DNA from: Saprolegnia diclina VS20
Taxonomy: Eukaryota
Direction: 5' to 3'
DNA: 32,598 bases
Assembly: GCF_000281045.1 (NCBI RefSeq)
Contig: NW_008246083.1
Location: forward strand, 43,708-76,305
The position numbers and the translations under genes are program-made. Positions 22,938 to 32,598 of this stretch are shown here, piece by piece; position 1 is the first letter of the stretch, and each line of letters opens with the position of its first letter. The notes under the pieces were generated by a model. The model searched no databases and had not been told where the DNA came from. It was given only the letters and a program-made list of their open reading frames with translations.

Positions 22938-23937
22938 ATGGCACGCGGGGTACGCCGCCAGCTCGGCCATGGAAGTCCAGCCGAGCTCATGCCAACTCTC
23001 TTGCACGTAGGAGCCGTCCAAGAAGCGCAAGCCCAATGGGCCGGTGATCCCAAAGCCCTGCTCGCTCCCCGAGGCAGAGTACAAGCCGTGCTTTGTCTGT
23101 GGGCTCAAGTTCAACGTCGACTCGCTCATGCGCTGCTTGGTGTGCGCCGGCTTCTTCCACAAGCGCTGCCTCGCCACGATCACTGGCGACACATTAGGCT
23201 GCGCCGCGTGCCAAGAGGCCCGGATAGCCGAGAAGAGGCTCCAAGCCGAGCGCAACGACCCGGAGATGTACCCGTCCGTCACGAGCGATACGAACAAACA
23301 CCTCTTCGAGTACCGCATGACCATGATGCACAAGTTTATGAGCGCGATCGCGGCTCACAAAGCGCCGCCAAAGAAGAGAGGCAAGGTGCCCACCAAGAGT
23401 TCGGCGACACCCAAGGTTTGCGCTGACGACGACGAGCAAACGCCGCCGCCGTTCGATCCGCCAGTGCAAGCGCCAGCGGCTGATGGCGCGTCGATGGCCG
23501 ATGTCGACATGGGCGCACCGGCAGCGCCTTTGATCAATGTTCCACAGCCTTCGGGGCCAATGATCGTGGCACGGCGAGACGCCTCTGTCGTCGACATTCG
23601 CTCCGAAAGTGCACGAACGCTGAGCCCTGCCTTGTCCGCAGATGTGGTCCCATCGGCTCCACGACCAAGTGCTCTGACGCTGCACACGGCCCACAGCGAG
23701 CAGCCGTCGCCCGCGTCGTTGGTGTCGCCTCGGGCGTCGCTGGTGTCTCTAGCGTCGACCGTTAGCCCAATCGTGAGTACAACGCTGGTCCTGCCCAAGT
23801 ACGTGCTGGAGCAAACCGCGAGCGCGGTTGCGACGACCTCACATGCAGCGATGCACTTGTCGTCGACCGGTGTTGGAGTGGCGACGGAGGTCGTTCATGA
23901 GCCGGGTAGCGTCATGCTAGACGAATGTCTCGTGTAA
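22938..23937 (+). CDS. PHD-finger (C4HC3) protein with basic NLS-like segments and a Ser/Pro/Ala-rich tail; 2 exons (22938-22949, 23011-23937)
   Basis: A 61-nt GT-AG intron gives MARG-EPSKKRKP. Finger CFVC...CLVC...FFHKRC...CAAC. Basic stretches KKRK and PPKKRGK. INR-like TCATTTT at 22915-22921. Confidence 0.75.
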
Positions 23938-24102
23938 AACAAAATCCAACTACGTTTGTTGTACAAACTGTCTTCGATGCAAATCGACCTGCGAAAATGC
24001 GATCTCTTGAGATGAATTGGTGCGTGGGCCGTGTCGTTTCAGAGGTGTAGGCTCTGCAGCTGGTGGTTTCAACGCGCAAATAGCCAGGCGCCACGCAGTC
24101 GT

Positions 24103-27100
24103 ATGAGCGCGCTCGCGATCGTGGCCAACCTCATCGTGCCGGGCGCAGGCCTCGCAATTCACTATTTGCCGCAAATTGCCACCTTCTTGGCCGGCATCAA
24201 CGGCCGCTGCGACCAGCTATCTCAAAACCAAGCGCACTTTGGCCGTGTCCGGGACCGCCTTCACGAGATCTTTACGCAGCTCTCAACGATGGAGGCGCGT
24301 GGGCAGCTGCCGTCGCCGGTCGTCGTCAAGCGGTTCCGCGAGCTCCTCGAGGACTTTGACGCGTACTTGACGCACTATCTGAGCTGCAACTTTGTGACGC
24401 GCCTCCTGACACAAGAGAACGTGGCCACCAAGATTGCAGTCTACCACAACGAAGTCGATAGTCTTCTCAAGCTACTGGACCTCGCCCATATTGCGCAAAT
24501 GACCGACTGGCGACTGCAGTACGACGCCGACCAGCGCGAAGAGGTCGCTCGCTGGACCGACCTTGTGGCGACCAACAAACTCGTGCTCGAGGCCTGCAGT
24601 GATGCGAGTGCGCAGCGTGAGACGATGTTGCGCCTTCTCCACGCGCTCCAGCACGACAAACACACGCAGAGCAGCAGTAGCTTCCAAGCCAAGCTCGTCA
24701 AGCAGGCGTTCCATACACTCCAGCGGCTCTCCAAAAACGTCGTGCTGGGCACCGCATCGGTGCCGAATTGGTTTGTGCCACCGGAAGACGTAGCGCTTTC
24801 GCCCCAGCCCTTTGCGCGTGGCGCAACGAGCGACGTTTTCCTCGGTGTTTGGCGTCAGCGCACCAAGGTCGTCGTCAAGGTCTATCGTGCGAGCAGCGAT
24901 GACGTCGAGACCGAGCTGTCATTGTGGGCCTCTCTTCGCCACCCAAATTTGGTGGCGTTCTATGGCGGCTGCCACGTCGGTGCCAAGCCGTTTGCACTCT
25001 GCGAACAAGCAACCGATGGCGCGCTCGACGACTACCTCTTGCATCATGCCGGTACGTCGCATTTTTATCTGATACATCTTTCAATGTATCAATTATTCAT
25101 TGTTTGATTTCGGAATACTATGTTGATAACTATGGGTAGGCACTGTGGACGAGACGCAGCTCTGGGGCTTTTTGCTCGATATTGCGATCGGACTCGAGTA
25201 CATGCACAGCGTCGGCGTCGTGCACGGCGACCTCAAGTGCAACAACATCCTCGTGTCGGTATCGCCACTGCGTGCACAGCTTAGCGACTTTGGCTGCGCC
25301 TTCAACACCATCCACCCGCCCGTGCCCACGCGCGTGTCGGCAGCCATTCGGTGGGTTGCGCCAGAGTGCCTCGTCGATGCGGCACCGCCAAGCCGAGCGT
25401 CGGACGTCTACGCTCTCGGAATGGTCCTTCTCGAAGCCGTGACGCTCGACATTCCGTTTAGCGATGTCAACGACGATGAAACAGTTAGTTTTCATGTTCG
25501 ATTTGATTATTTTCGAGCTCATGGACATGGGTAGGTACGGGGCCGCATTGCCCGAGGCGAGCTCCCGACGCTCGACGAAACCTCACCGTATGCCGTGCTG
25601 GTTCCGCGGCTGTGTGCGCTGTCGCCGGACGACCGGCTCGACTTGTCGGCGTTCATCCTCGAATGCGAGGCGCTGCGAGACGGTCCCGCCAAGACGGTAT
25701 CGCCGCGTCCAGAACCGAGCTGGGTGTCGACTGACATGCCACTTGCCACCTCCACGGCACTACTTGGTACTGCTGATGACGCAGCACCGTCACCAGCTGC
25801 GACGACAACGACATTGCGAGAATACGGCTATGGCATTGCGGCCGACAAGCCCCGCGACACGAAAGCAGCCAAAAAAGCTAAGCACGCGCGACGTGTCTCG
25901 ACACGCCGCCTCTCCATCTCGGACGTCGACGGCATCGTCGCGTCCCAGGACGTACCGTCGCTTTTGCAGTGGTTGCAGCGACCAACGACGTCCGACATCA
26001 TCCAGGAAAAGCTGCTCACTGCACTCATGCCACTGGCGCCAGCATCCGTGGCCGACCACGGCGGCCTCGAGCTCTTGCTCACGCTCGCAGCCAAAGGCAG
26101 TACACCGACGATCAAGGAGCTGTCAACCGCGCTCCTTGGACTAGTTGTGCAGCGCAATGCTGGCCTCGCCGCCACGGTCCGCGCCCAAGGCGGTGTCGCC
26201 ATCTTGCTCAAACTACTCCGTCAAGGAACGTACGGGCAGCGTGCATTTGCGCTTCGAGCGCTCGCGCACCTCACGTCCATGGACGACGAGGCGATTGGCC
26301 AAGTCCTCGATGACACAACGAGCGTCACGATGGTGCTCGACATGCTGCGTGTCGGCGGCGACCGGCAGCGCCAAGATGCCTTATGCCTCGTGGCCAACGT
26401 GTCGGTGCCACCCGCCCAATCGACCATGGTACCGGCCCTCGCAGCGCTTCTTCCATCGGTCGAGTCCATGGCGTACGACACGCAGCGGCACCTGTTTCGC
26501 TGGATAGCCAACCTGGCCGATGCCGCTGACGCCGACAGTTGGACGCCGTGCATCGAGAACGTCGTTGCTCTTGTCGTGACGCAGACTCGGATTCATGCCA
26601 AGACACCGGAGATGTCGTCGCTCCTTCTCCAGAGCCTCGGGCTCCTCGCCTTTGCCAATGACGCGTACGCCGCAACGATTGTAGATGCTGGTGCAATTCC
26701 GCTGCTCTGGAAAGCTTATAGCGCCTGGCCCGACCTCAGAAATCTGATCCTCGGCACGCTTGCCAATGTCGCAACGACCGAAGCCAGTTGTCGCCAAATC
26801 GCACGGCACCGCGGCCTACAATGGGCGGTCGAGGCCGTCTTGGACCCGGCGCTGGTGACGTCGGCGATGCACTTGCTGCACAACTTGAGCTTGGAGTCGT
26901 CGATCGTCGAGCACATGGCCAGTCTCGATGCTGTCAACGTCACGATGACGGCACTGTTGAAGCACCCGGAGCTCGGTGGCCTAGGTGCCAAGCTCCTCGC
27001 CCAGCTGTCAATGGCGTCGCCCCGCGATGCTCTCGCCTCGTCGGGCGCGGTCGCTTGGACACTGGAGCAGCTGCGAACACAACGGGACGTCGATTTGACG

Positions 27101-28138
27101 CCGCTGTGGATCTGCTTGAGCAACGCCGTTGCGGCGTCACCGTGTCTCGACACGTTTGTTCGTCTCGGCGGCGCGCCGCTGCTGATCAAACGACTCGGCA
27201 AAGCCGACGTCAATCAAGTGGTTCCGATCCTCCAGCTTGTGCTGCACATTGCCACGTCACTTGAGACAGTACTGCTGCTCGTTCAGCACGACACGGCACT
27301 GTATACGCTTATGGGCCTCGTCGAGTCGTCGTCGTCGGAGGTGCAAGTACTCGCGCTCGGCTGCGTCGCACAAATCACATACTTTGAACCCACCGTATTG
27401 CGTGCAGTCAAGGGCAGCGGCCTCGGCATCCTCGCCCCGCTGCTCAAAACATCGCTGCACCAAGAGCTCGCGCTGCGCATCATTAGCCACATGTCGTTTT
27501 GCCCGTCGTTTCACAACCTCCTCACCGTCGAGTACCCCATCGTGGCCACGCTGCAAAAGCTGACGCGCAACCCAGCGCTTCATTCGATATGCGATGCGAT
27601 CTTAACGCGACTCGAAGTCCCCCTCACAAGCTCGTACAAACCTTCGCTACTACAAGCCTTGGCCAGGAAGTGGCGAAGGGCCAAGCCCGCGTCCAACCAA
27701 GAATCGGACGACGACCAGCGCTTGGTGCGCGCGCTACAACAGGAACGGCCGCGGGGCCTAGTTTTGGTCCGTATCTACGATGCCATTGTGTCCGATAGCC
27801 AACGAGCCGATGCGTTGATTGATGCGGGGCTCCTGGCGCCGCTCGCCCAGCGGCTTCACAGCAAGCGGGATCGAAGCATCGCCCTCGACATTGTGCGGCG
27901 GCTGCTCGACGACGCCTCCGAGACGCGCCAGAAAGCGTTGGCGGTCGACATGATGATCAAGCCGCTGATTGCGATGGCGAAGGAGCACGACCGGCCCGAC
28001 GACCGCGACAATGCGATCCAGCTCGTCCTTGCACTCGCGGCGCTTTGCAACATGCAGACGCAAGTGGTCGACGCGATCTTGCCCCACGACGCACGCAGCA
28101 GCATTGCTCAAAGTCTCTTGACGCATCCCTCCTCATAG
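24103..28138 (+). CDS. MLKL-N-like four-helix bundle + TKL-type protein kinase + armadillo repeats, about 1298 aa; 3 exons (24103-25051, 25140-25483, 25535-28138)
   Basis: Introns 25052-25139 and 25484-25534 fuse three ORFs in frame (3897 nt). Kinase motifs: ARGATSDVF, VVVK, ETELSLWASLRHPNLVAFYGGC, HGDLKCNN, SDFG, RWVAPE, SDVYALGM. ARM repeats include VRAQGGVAILLKLLRQGTYGQRAFALRALAHL, IVDAGAIPLL and LIDAGLLAPLAQRL. Helical N-terminus NQAHFGRVRDRLHEI...FRELLEDFDAYL...IAVYHNEVDSLL. Confidence 0.88.
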
Positions 28139-28781
28139 TGTCAAACAACCGGTTTTGATTGGTTTTTGGAGTTGAGCCAGGTGCAGTGACGTGGCGGCCG
28201 GACAAGCAAGCAATCGAATGCTATTACGTAAGTCGCCTGAATACTTATGGCAACAAAATACATTGCTGTCGACAAGCCATGGGTGCCGAATAGCTCTACG
28301 CTACAGGTGGCAACTCGAGGCTGAGCGCCTGGTGTTGTCAGTCTCATGTTGGGTCGTTCCGGCCGTGTCGCTCTCACACATACGCCTGAAATTAGCCCTT
28401 CTTGACAGATAGTTAATGCTTGCTTGATGTCCATTGTACATACGGTACTGTATCGATGCTTGTTGCTTGTGTCGTTGGGCGTACCAGTATGTACTTGACG
28501 TTAGTGCTGCTTCGTGTCTCTCCATCCGGTAACACGGACGTGGCAATGCACGGGTCGTCCGTCTGCAAGTACATTGCGCTGCGGCCACGCCTAGGCGTCA
28601 CTGCAGTGCACATTTGGTGCTAACAAAAAATTCCCTCGCACTTTTACACCCTTGCCCGGCATGAAATTGTAATGCCACACTTGGTCCCTGTTGGGTTAGC
28701 CAGCAACTGCACCACCCGGTCGACCAACACAATACCACTGTCAAAAGGGCGTCACCCCATCATTCCAACGCAAGAGTCCCG

Positions 28782-29689
28782 ATGGAGACGCCCAGCACGA
28801 GCGCATTCGAAGTGCTCTCCGCCCACGACGAGCCAAAGGAGGCTGTCACGCCCCGTCGGCGCTGGCCGTGGATCGTCGCCACAGGCAAGGCTGAGGTTGC
28901 CGACGCTCGCTCACAGTCTCATGCATGTACTGTAGTAATCCTTGCAAGCAGCACTCTTGCGCTCACCATCGCGCTCTGCACGCAAGCCGAGGCGACCTCA
29001 GGACGTGTTACGGCGACGATTCTTATGGTCGGCGACTCCAACACGGAGCTCGCGGCCAACCCCACAACGCAAGGCTTCCAAGCGCTCCTCTCGTACGATT
29101 ACAGTCGAACCGCTGACGTGATTAACCGCGGCGTGAGCGGGTTCACGTCCAGGTACGCTCGCTCCACGCAAGTATGCATGAAGAGCGCACATGGGATGCT
29201 AGTCTCTGGGTTGCACGCCTCGATCAGCTCATCGCCGAGTGGTCGCTGAAGCCACCGAGCCTAATCACGATCATGATCGGCACCAACGATGCTGCGCTTC
29301 CGAACTCGACGCTGCATGTGCCGATCGAAACGTATGCCGCCAACCTTCGCACGCTGGTGCAGCGCCTCGGCTCGTCGTTTGCCAGCACCAAGTTCATCCT
29401 CCTGACGCCACCCGTCGTCGAGAGCTCGGCCCACTGGAACTACGTTTTTCAAAACAGCGCCGCAGAAGCGTACGCGAATCGCTGCAAGCAAGTCGCAAGT
29501 GATCTTAACGTGCCCGTCATCGACCTCTGGACGCCGCTGCAAGGCGTACCCGATGTGCTCTACGATGGCCTCCACTTGACAACGACGGGCAATGTGTTCG
29601 TGCACCAGCAATTGCTCGCTACGATCGAGGCGTCGTACCCGGAGCTCGCCCCCACCAAGCTGTCGCGCGCATATAGTAACATGCCTTGA
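28782..29689 (+). CDS. SGNH/GDSL hydrolase (IAH1-like esterase) with N-terminal membrane anchor, copy 1; exons 28782-28884, 28936-29152, 29203-29689
   Basis: SGNH blocks MVGDSNT, INRGVSG, IGTND and DGLH. Basic RRR followed by hydrophobic WPWIVATVILASSTLALTIALC. Intron 1 is GC-AG and intron 2 is GT-AG. INR-like TCATTCC at 28760-28766. Confidence 0.9.
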
Positions 29690-29851
29690 ATATAGCAAGT
29701 TGTTTCTTGGTGACGAAAGATGAACGCAACGACTCTTGGCGTGTCAAAATGCGTTTTCGAATCTGCAAAAACTTGCAGAATCGGGGCCAAGAATACAAGT
29801 GGCGAGTGCACCCAGATCTGACTCCTGAATACGTTCATCACGGCCAGTATC

Positions 29852-29946
29852 CACCACATAAGAGCTTATAGGTCTATGATGCTAGCAACTGGATCGCGCA
29901 CCTCGACCAGCTCCTTGCCGAGTGGTCGCCCAAGCCGCCGAGCCTC
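29852..29946 (+). pseudogene. 5'-truncated SGNH esterase copy (part of intron 2 plus start of exon 3), running into the gap
   Basis: 29887-29946 encodes NWIAHLDQLLAEWSPKPPSL, versus LWVARLDQLIAEWSLKPPSL in copy 1. 29852-29870 is identical to 32580-32598 (intron 2 of the downstream copy). No exon 1 or 2 is found upstream. Confidence 0.7.
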
Positions 29947-30676
29947 NNNNNNNNNNNNNNNNNNNNNNNNNNNNNNNNNNNNNNNNNNNNNNNNNNNNNN
30001 NNNNNNNNNNNNNNNNNNNNNNNNNNNNNNNNNNNNNNNNNNNNNNNNNNNNNNNNNNNNNNNNNNNNNNNNNNNNNNNNNNNNNNNNNNNNNNNNNNNN
30101 NNNNNNNNNNNNNNNNNNNNNNNNNNNNNNNNNNNNNNNNNNNNNNNNNNNNNNNNNNNNNNNNNNNNNNNNNNNNNNNNNNNNNNNNNNNNNNNNNNNN
30201 NNNNNNNNNNNNNNNNNNNNNNNNNNNNNNNNNNNNNNNNNNNNNNNNNNNNNNNNNNNNNNNNNNNNNNNNNNNNNNNNNNNNNNNNNNNNNNNNNNNN
30301 NNNNNNNNNNNNNNNNNNNNNNNNNNNNNNNNNNNNNNNNNNNNNNNNNNNNNNNNNNNNNNNNNNNNNNNNNNNNNNNNNNNNNNNNNNNNNNNNNNNN
30401 NNNNNNNNNNNNNNNNNNNNNNNNNNNNNNNNNNNNNNNNNNNNNNNNNNNNNNNNNNNNNNNNNNNNNNNNNNNNNNNNNNNNNNNNNNNNNNNNNNNN
30501 NNNNNNNNNNNNNNNNNNNNNNNNNNNNNNNNNNNNNNNNNNNNNNNNNNNNNNNNNNNNNNNNNNNNNNNNNNNNNNNNNNNNNNNNNNNNNNNNNNNN
30601 NNNNNNNNNNNNNNNNNNNNNNNNNNNNNNNNNNNNNNNNNNNNNNNNNNNNNNNNNNNNNNNNNNNNNNNNNNNN
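29947..30676. other. Assembly gap (730 N) inside the esterase cluster
   Basis: Run of N. Confidence 0.98.
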
Positions 30677-32093
30677 CCCGTCAACTTACGACCCGACTTC
30701 TAGTTTCTTTGGATCGAACCACCGCAAGCGGACTTGCACTTTGGATCGACACGGAAATACACTTGTACCAACTAACTAGAAAACTAACTGAAACGATAGT
30801 CGTTGCCGTGGGGCCTGTGACGAACCGTGGGCAGAGGCAGTCGTCACACATAGAGCCTGCGTGTCATACTCGACGCGTCGTTCGTCGCAGCCTTCGCGAA
30901 AGGAGCGTGCTACGATGGCACGAGACGCCCAAGCGAGAGACAAGGGGCCTCCATGAACCTCAACAACCGACGCAGCCTCGTAGCTATCGTGTATGTGGAG
31001 ATCTTACGAGCCGACGCAATGGAGTTCACGAATGCTAGGTTGGCAGAGCTCGGCAGCCATGACGAAAATGGTTGACAACAAACCCTTAATGATAGATATG
31101 ACAGCATCATGAGTACTGACCATGAAGCACTTTGGCAGCCCAGAGCTCTCAGGCAATCGGCGCGTGGCTGTGCTGATTCTGTCCTCGAGGATTCCATGCA
31201 GTACGGAGTGATCGATGGGTGCCCATACACGCCCCGTCGGCCCAGAACGTCGGCCCCAAACTTTTAGTTGGTGTGACTGTGGGATACTGTGGTGGAGTCA
31301 GCTGCAAAAGGTTGTTGCCTTGGTACTATCAGTCTTAGTTGTACCCACCTATTACTCCAGGTGTAGTGGCATCGTCCGACGAGGACGTCAAGTACGTGGC
31401 CCGCGAATATTGGTAGCAAGTTCATGCCTCCTTTCCCCGCTGATTTGATTCAGAAGAGGAGGTGAGAGCGAAGGCTAGCTCAGGGCAGAGCTCAGGGCAC
31501 GAATACGACCCTGTCAATGAGGCATCGCTTGCTGGTTGTAGTTTTTGTTCTACAGTAGCAAGGTATCCTTTGATTATGCTAAATCGCTGTAGATTTATGG
31601 ATACAACAACATACGGTTCTCCTAGCTTGTCCTTGTCCCGAGAGTGTGGACCATGACCGTGTGGCAAGCCAGTTTGGTCGAGCCAACCACAGCCACTCAT
31701 GTATTACTCCTGGTTTAGCTTGTCAACATATGAATTCGTCGTGAATATTGCGTGGAGTAATATGCGGGCGAGGGACCCAAAGTCGCAGCTCGTCGTCGAC
31801 TTTTCGGCCACTCTTGCTGCTACGGTGCTCGCGAAGCACCGTCTAGGAGCGTCACCACCCTCGTCAGAAGATTGGCTCGCTGCCGAGCCCACGCCGTGCC
31901 GGTCGCTGATCCCTTCGAGTGCTAGAAGAAGTTCTAGAATAAGTTTACTACAGATCATTACCGCGTGCTGCGACGGGTTCCATCGGTCTTACCACAGTAC
32001 TCTGTCAAATTTTCCACCATCTAGTACCACTGTCCAACAGGATTTTGCGGCGACTAACTAATTCACGCTCGTATCGATCGATTCTCGTTCAAG

Positions 32094-32109
32094 TCATTTA
32101 CAAACTTGC
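32094..32109 (+). promoter_or_regulatory. Oomycete INR+FPR-like core promoter (TCATTTACAAACTTGC)
   Basis: Resembles the oomycete initiator plus flanking promoter region consensus (YCATTYY-N-CAWTT..). It ends 15 nt before the ATG at 32125. Confidence 0.5.
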
Positions 32110-32124
32110 AACCACCAGCGATAG

Positions 32125-32598
32125 ATGTTTGCATTTGATGCCCACCCAGCCCAAGACACGTCGCGAAAGCCCCGTCGGCGCTGGCCGTGGATCGTTGCCA
32201 CAGGTACCGCTCCAATCTCTAGCTCCGGACTCACAAACCTCGTGGTCTAGTCGTATTGGCCGTCAGTACTGTCGCCCTCACCGTTGCGCTGTGTACGCAA
32301 ACCAGCACGACGACGGCGACGCCCAGTGTTAGCGTACCCGTGCCAGGCTCCGGCAGGGGGGCGATGCCTACGACGTCCGTGCCCGTCTCGAGCCTCGTCG
32401 ACGGCCTACCGCGCAAAACTACCCGCCTCATTCTCATGGTCGGCGACTCGATCACGCAGTACGCAGTCAGTCCAGAACAAAAAGGCTTTCAAGCGCAGCT
32501 CGCAAACGACTACAGTCGACTCGCCGACGTCATCAACCGCGGCATGTCGGGGTGGACCTCCAGGTACACTCATTCAATACACCACATAAGAGCTTATA
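32125..32598 (+). CDS. SGNH/GDSL hydrolase (IAH1-like) with membrane anchor and Ser/Thr/Pro stalk, downstream copy, cut by the window edge; exons 32125-32203 and 32251-32563
   Basis: Not present as such in the ORF track. Spliced translation MFAFDAHPAQDTSRKPRRRWPWIVATVVLAVSTVALTVALCTQ...LILMVGDSITQY...GFQAQLANDYSRLADVINRGMSGWTS. Intron positions match copy 1. Confidence 0.88.

Noticed and set aside
24031..25107. ORF-track kinase appearing truncated before the catalytic loop (pseudokinase or pseudogene)
   Set aside because: Explained by intron 25052-25139. The catalytic motifs are in exon 2.
226..28138. AIF-like and MLKL-like genes as a cell-death gene cluster
   Set aside because: They are 22 kb apart with about nine unrelated genes between them. 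There is no sequence evidence of functional linkage.
29866..30779. ORFs of 272-285 aa spanning the second gap, and similar ones over the first gap
   Set aside because: Artefacts of translating through N runs.

Overview
Gene-dense, GC-rich eukaryotic DNA with many short (about 44-90 nt) spliceosomal introns and two assembly gaps (13354-13592, 29947-30676). Gene content (START-FYVE protein, WRKY19-like Cys/His repeat protein, MLKL-N/TKL kinase, tandem SGNH esterases), intron size and composition point to an oomycete, most likely Saprolegniales; this is inference. Gene models spliced by hand, in order: divergent AIF-like flavoprotein (-), four-TM membrane protein (-), ankyrin/WW protein (+), WRKY19-like zinc-finger-repeat protein (-), large secreted Cys-module protein (-), LRR protein (+, 5' end in gap), START-FYVE protein (-), TrmH/SpoU methyltransferase (-), possible spliced pseudogene (+), PHD-finger protein (+), MLKL-type four-helix-bundle/kinase/armadillo-repeat protein (+), and a tandem cluster of membrane-anchored SGNH/GDSL esterases (+). 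The best candidate for an uncharacterised system is the single-chain 4HB-kinase-ARM protein, a possible sensor-switch-executioner cell-death or immune module. Next is an AIF homologue that appears to have lost most FAD-binding residues. No tRNA, rRNA, CRISPR array or intact transposon was recognised. All family assignments come from motif recognition, not database searches.
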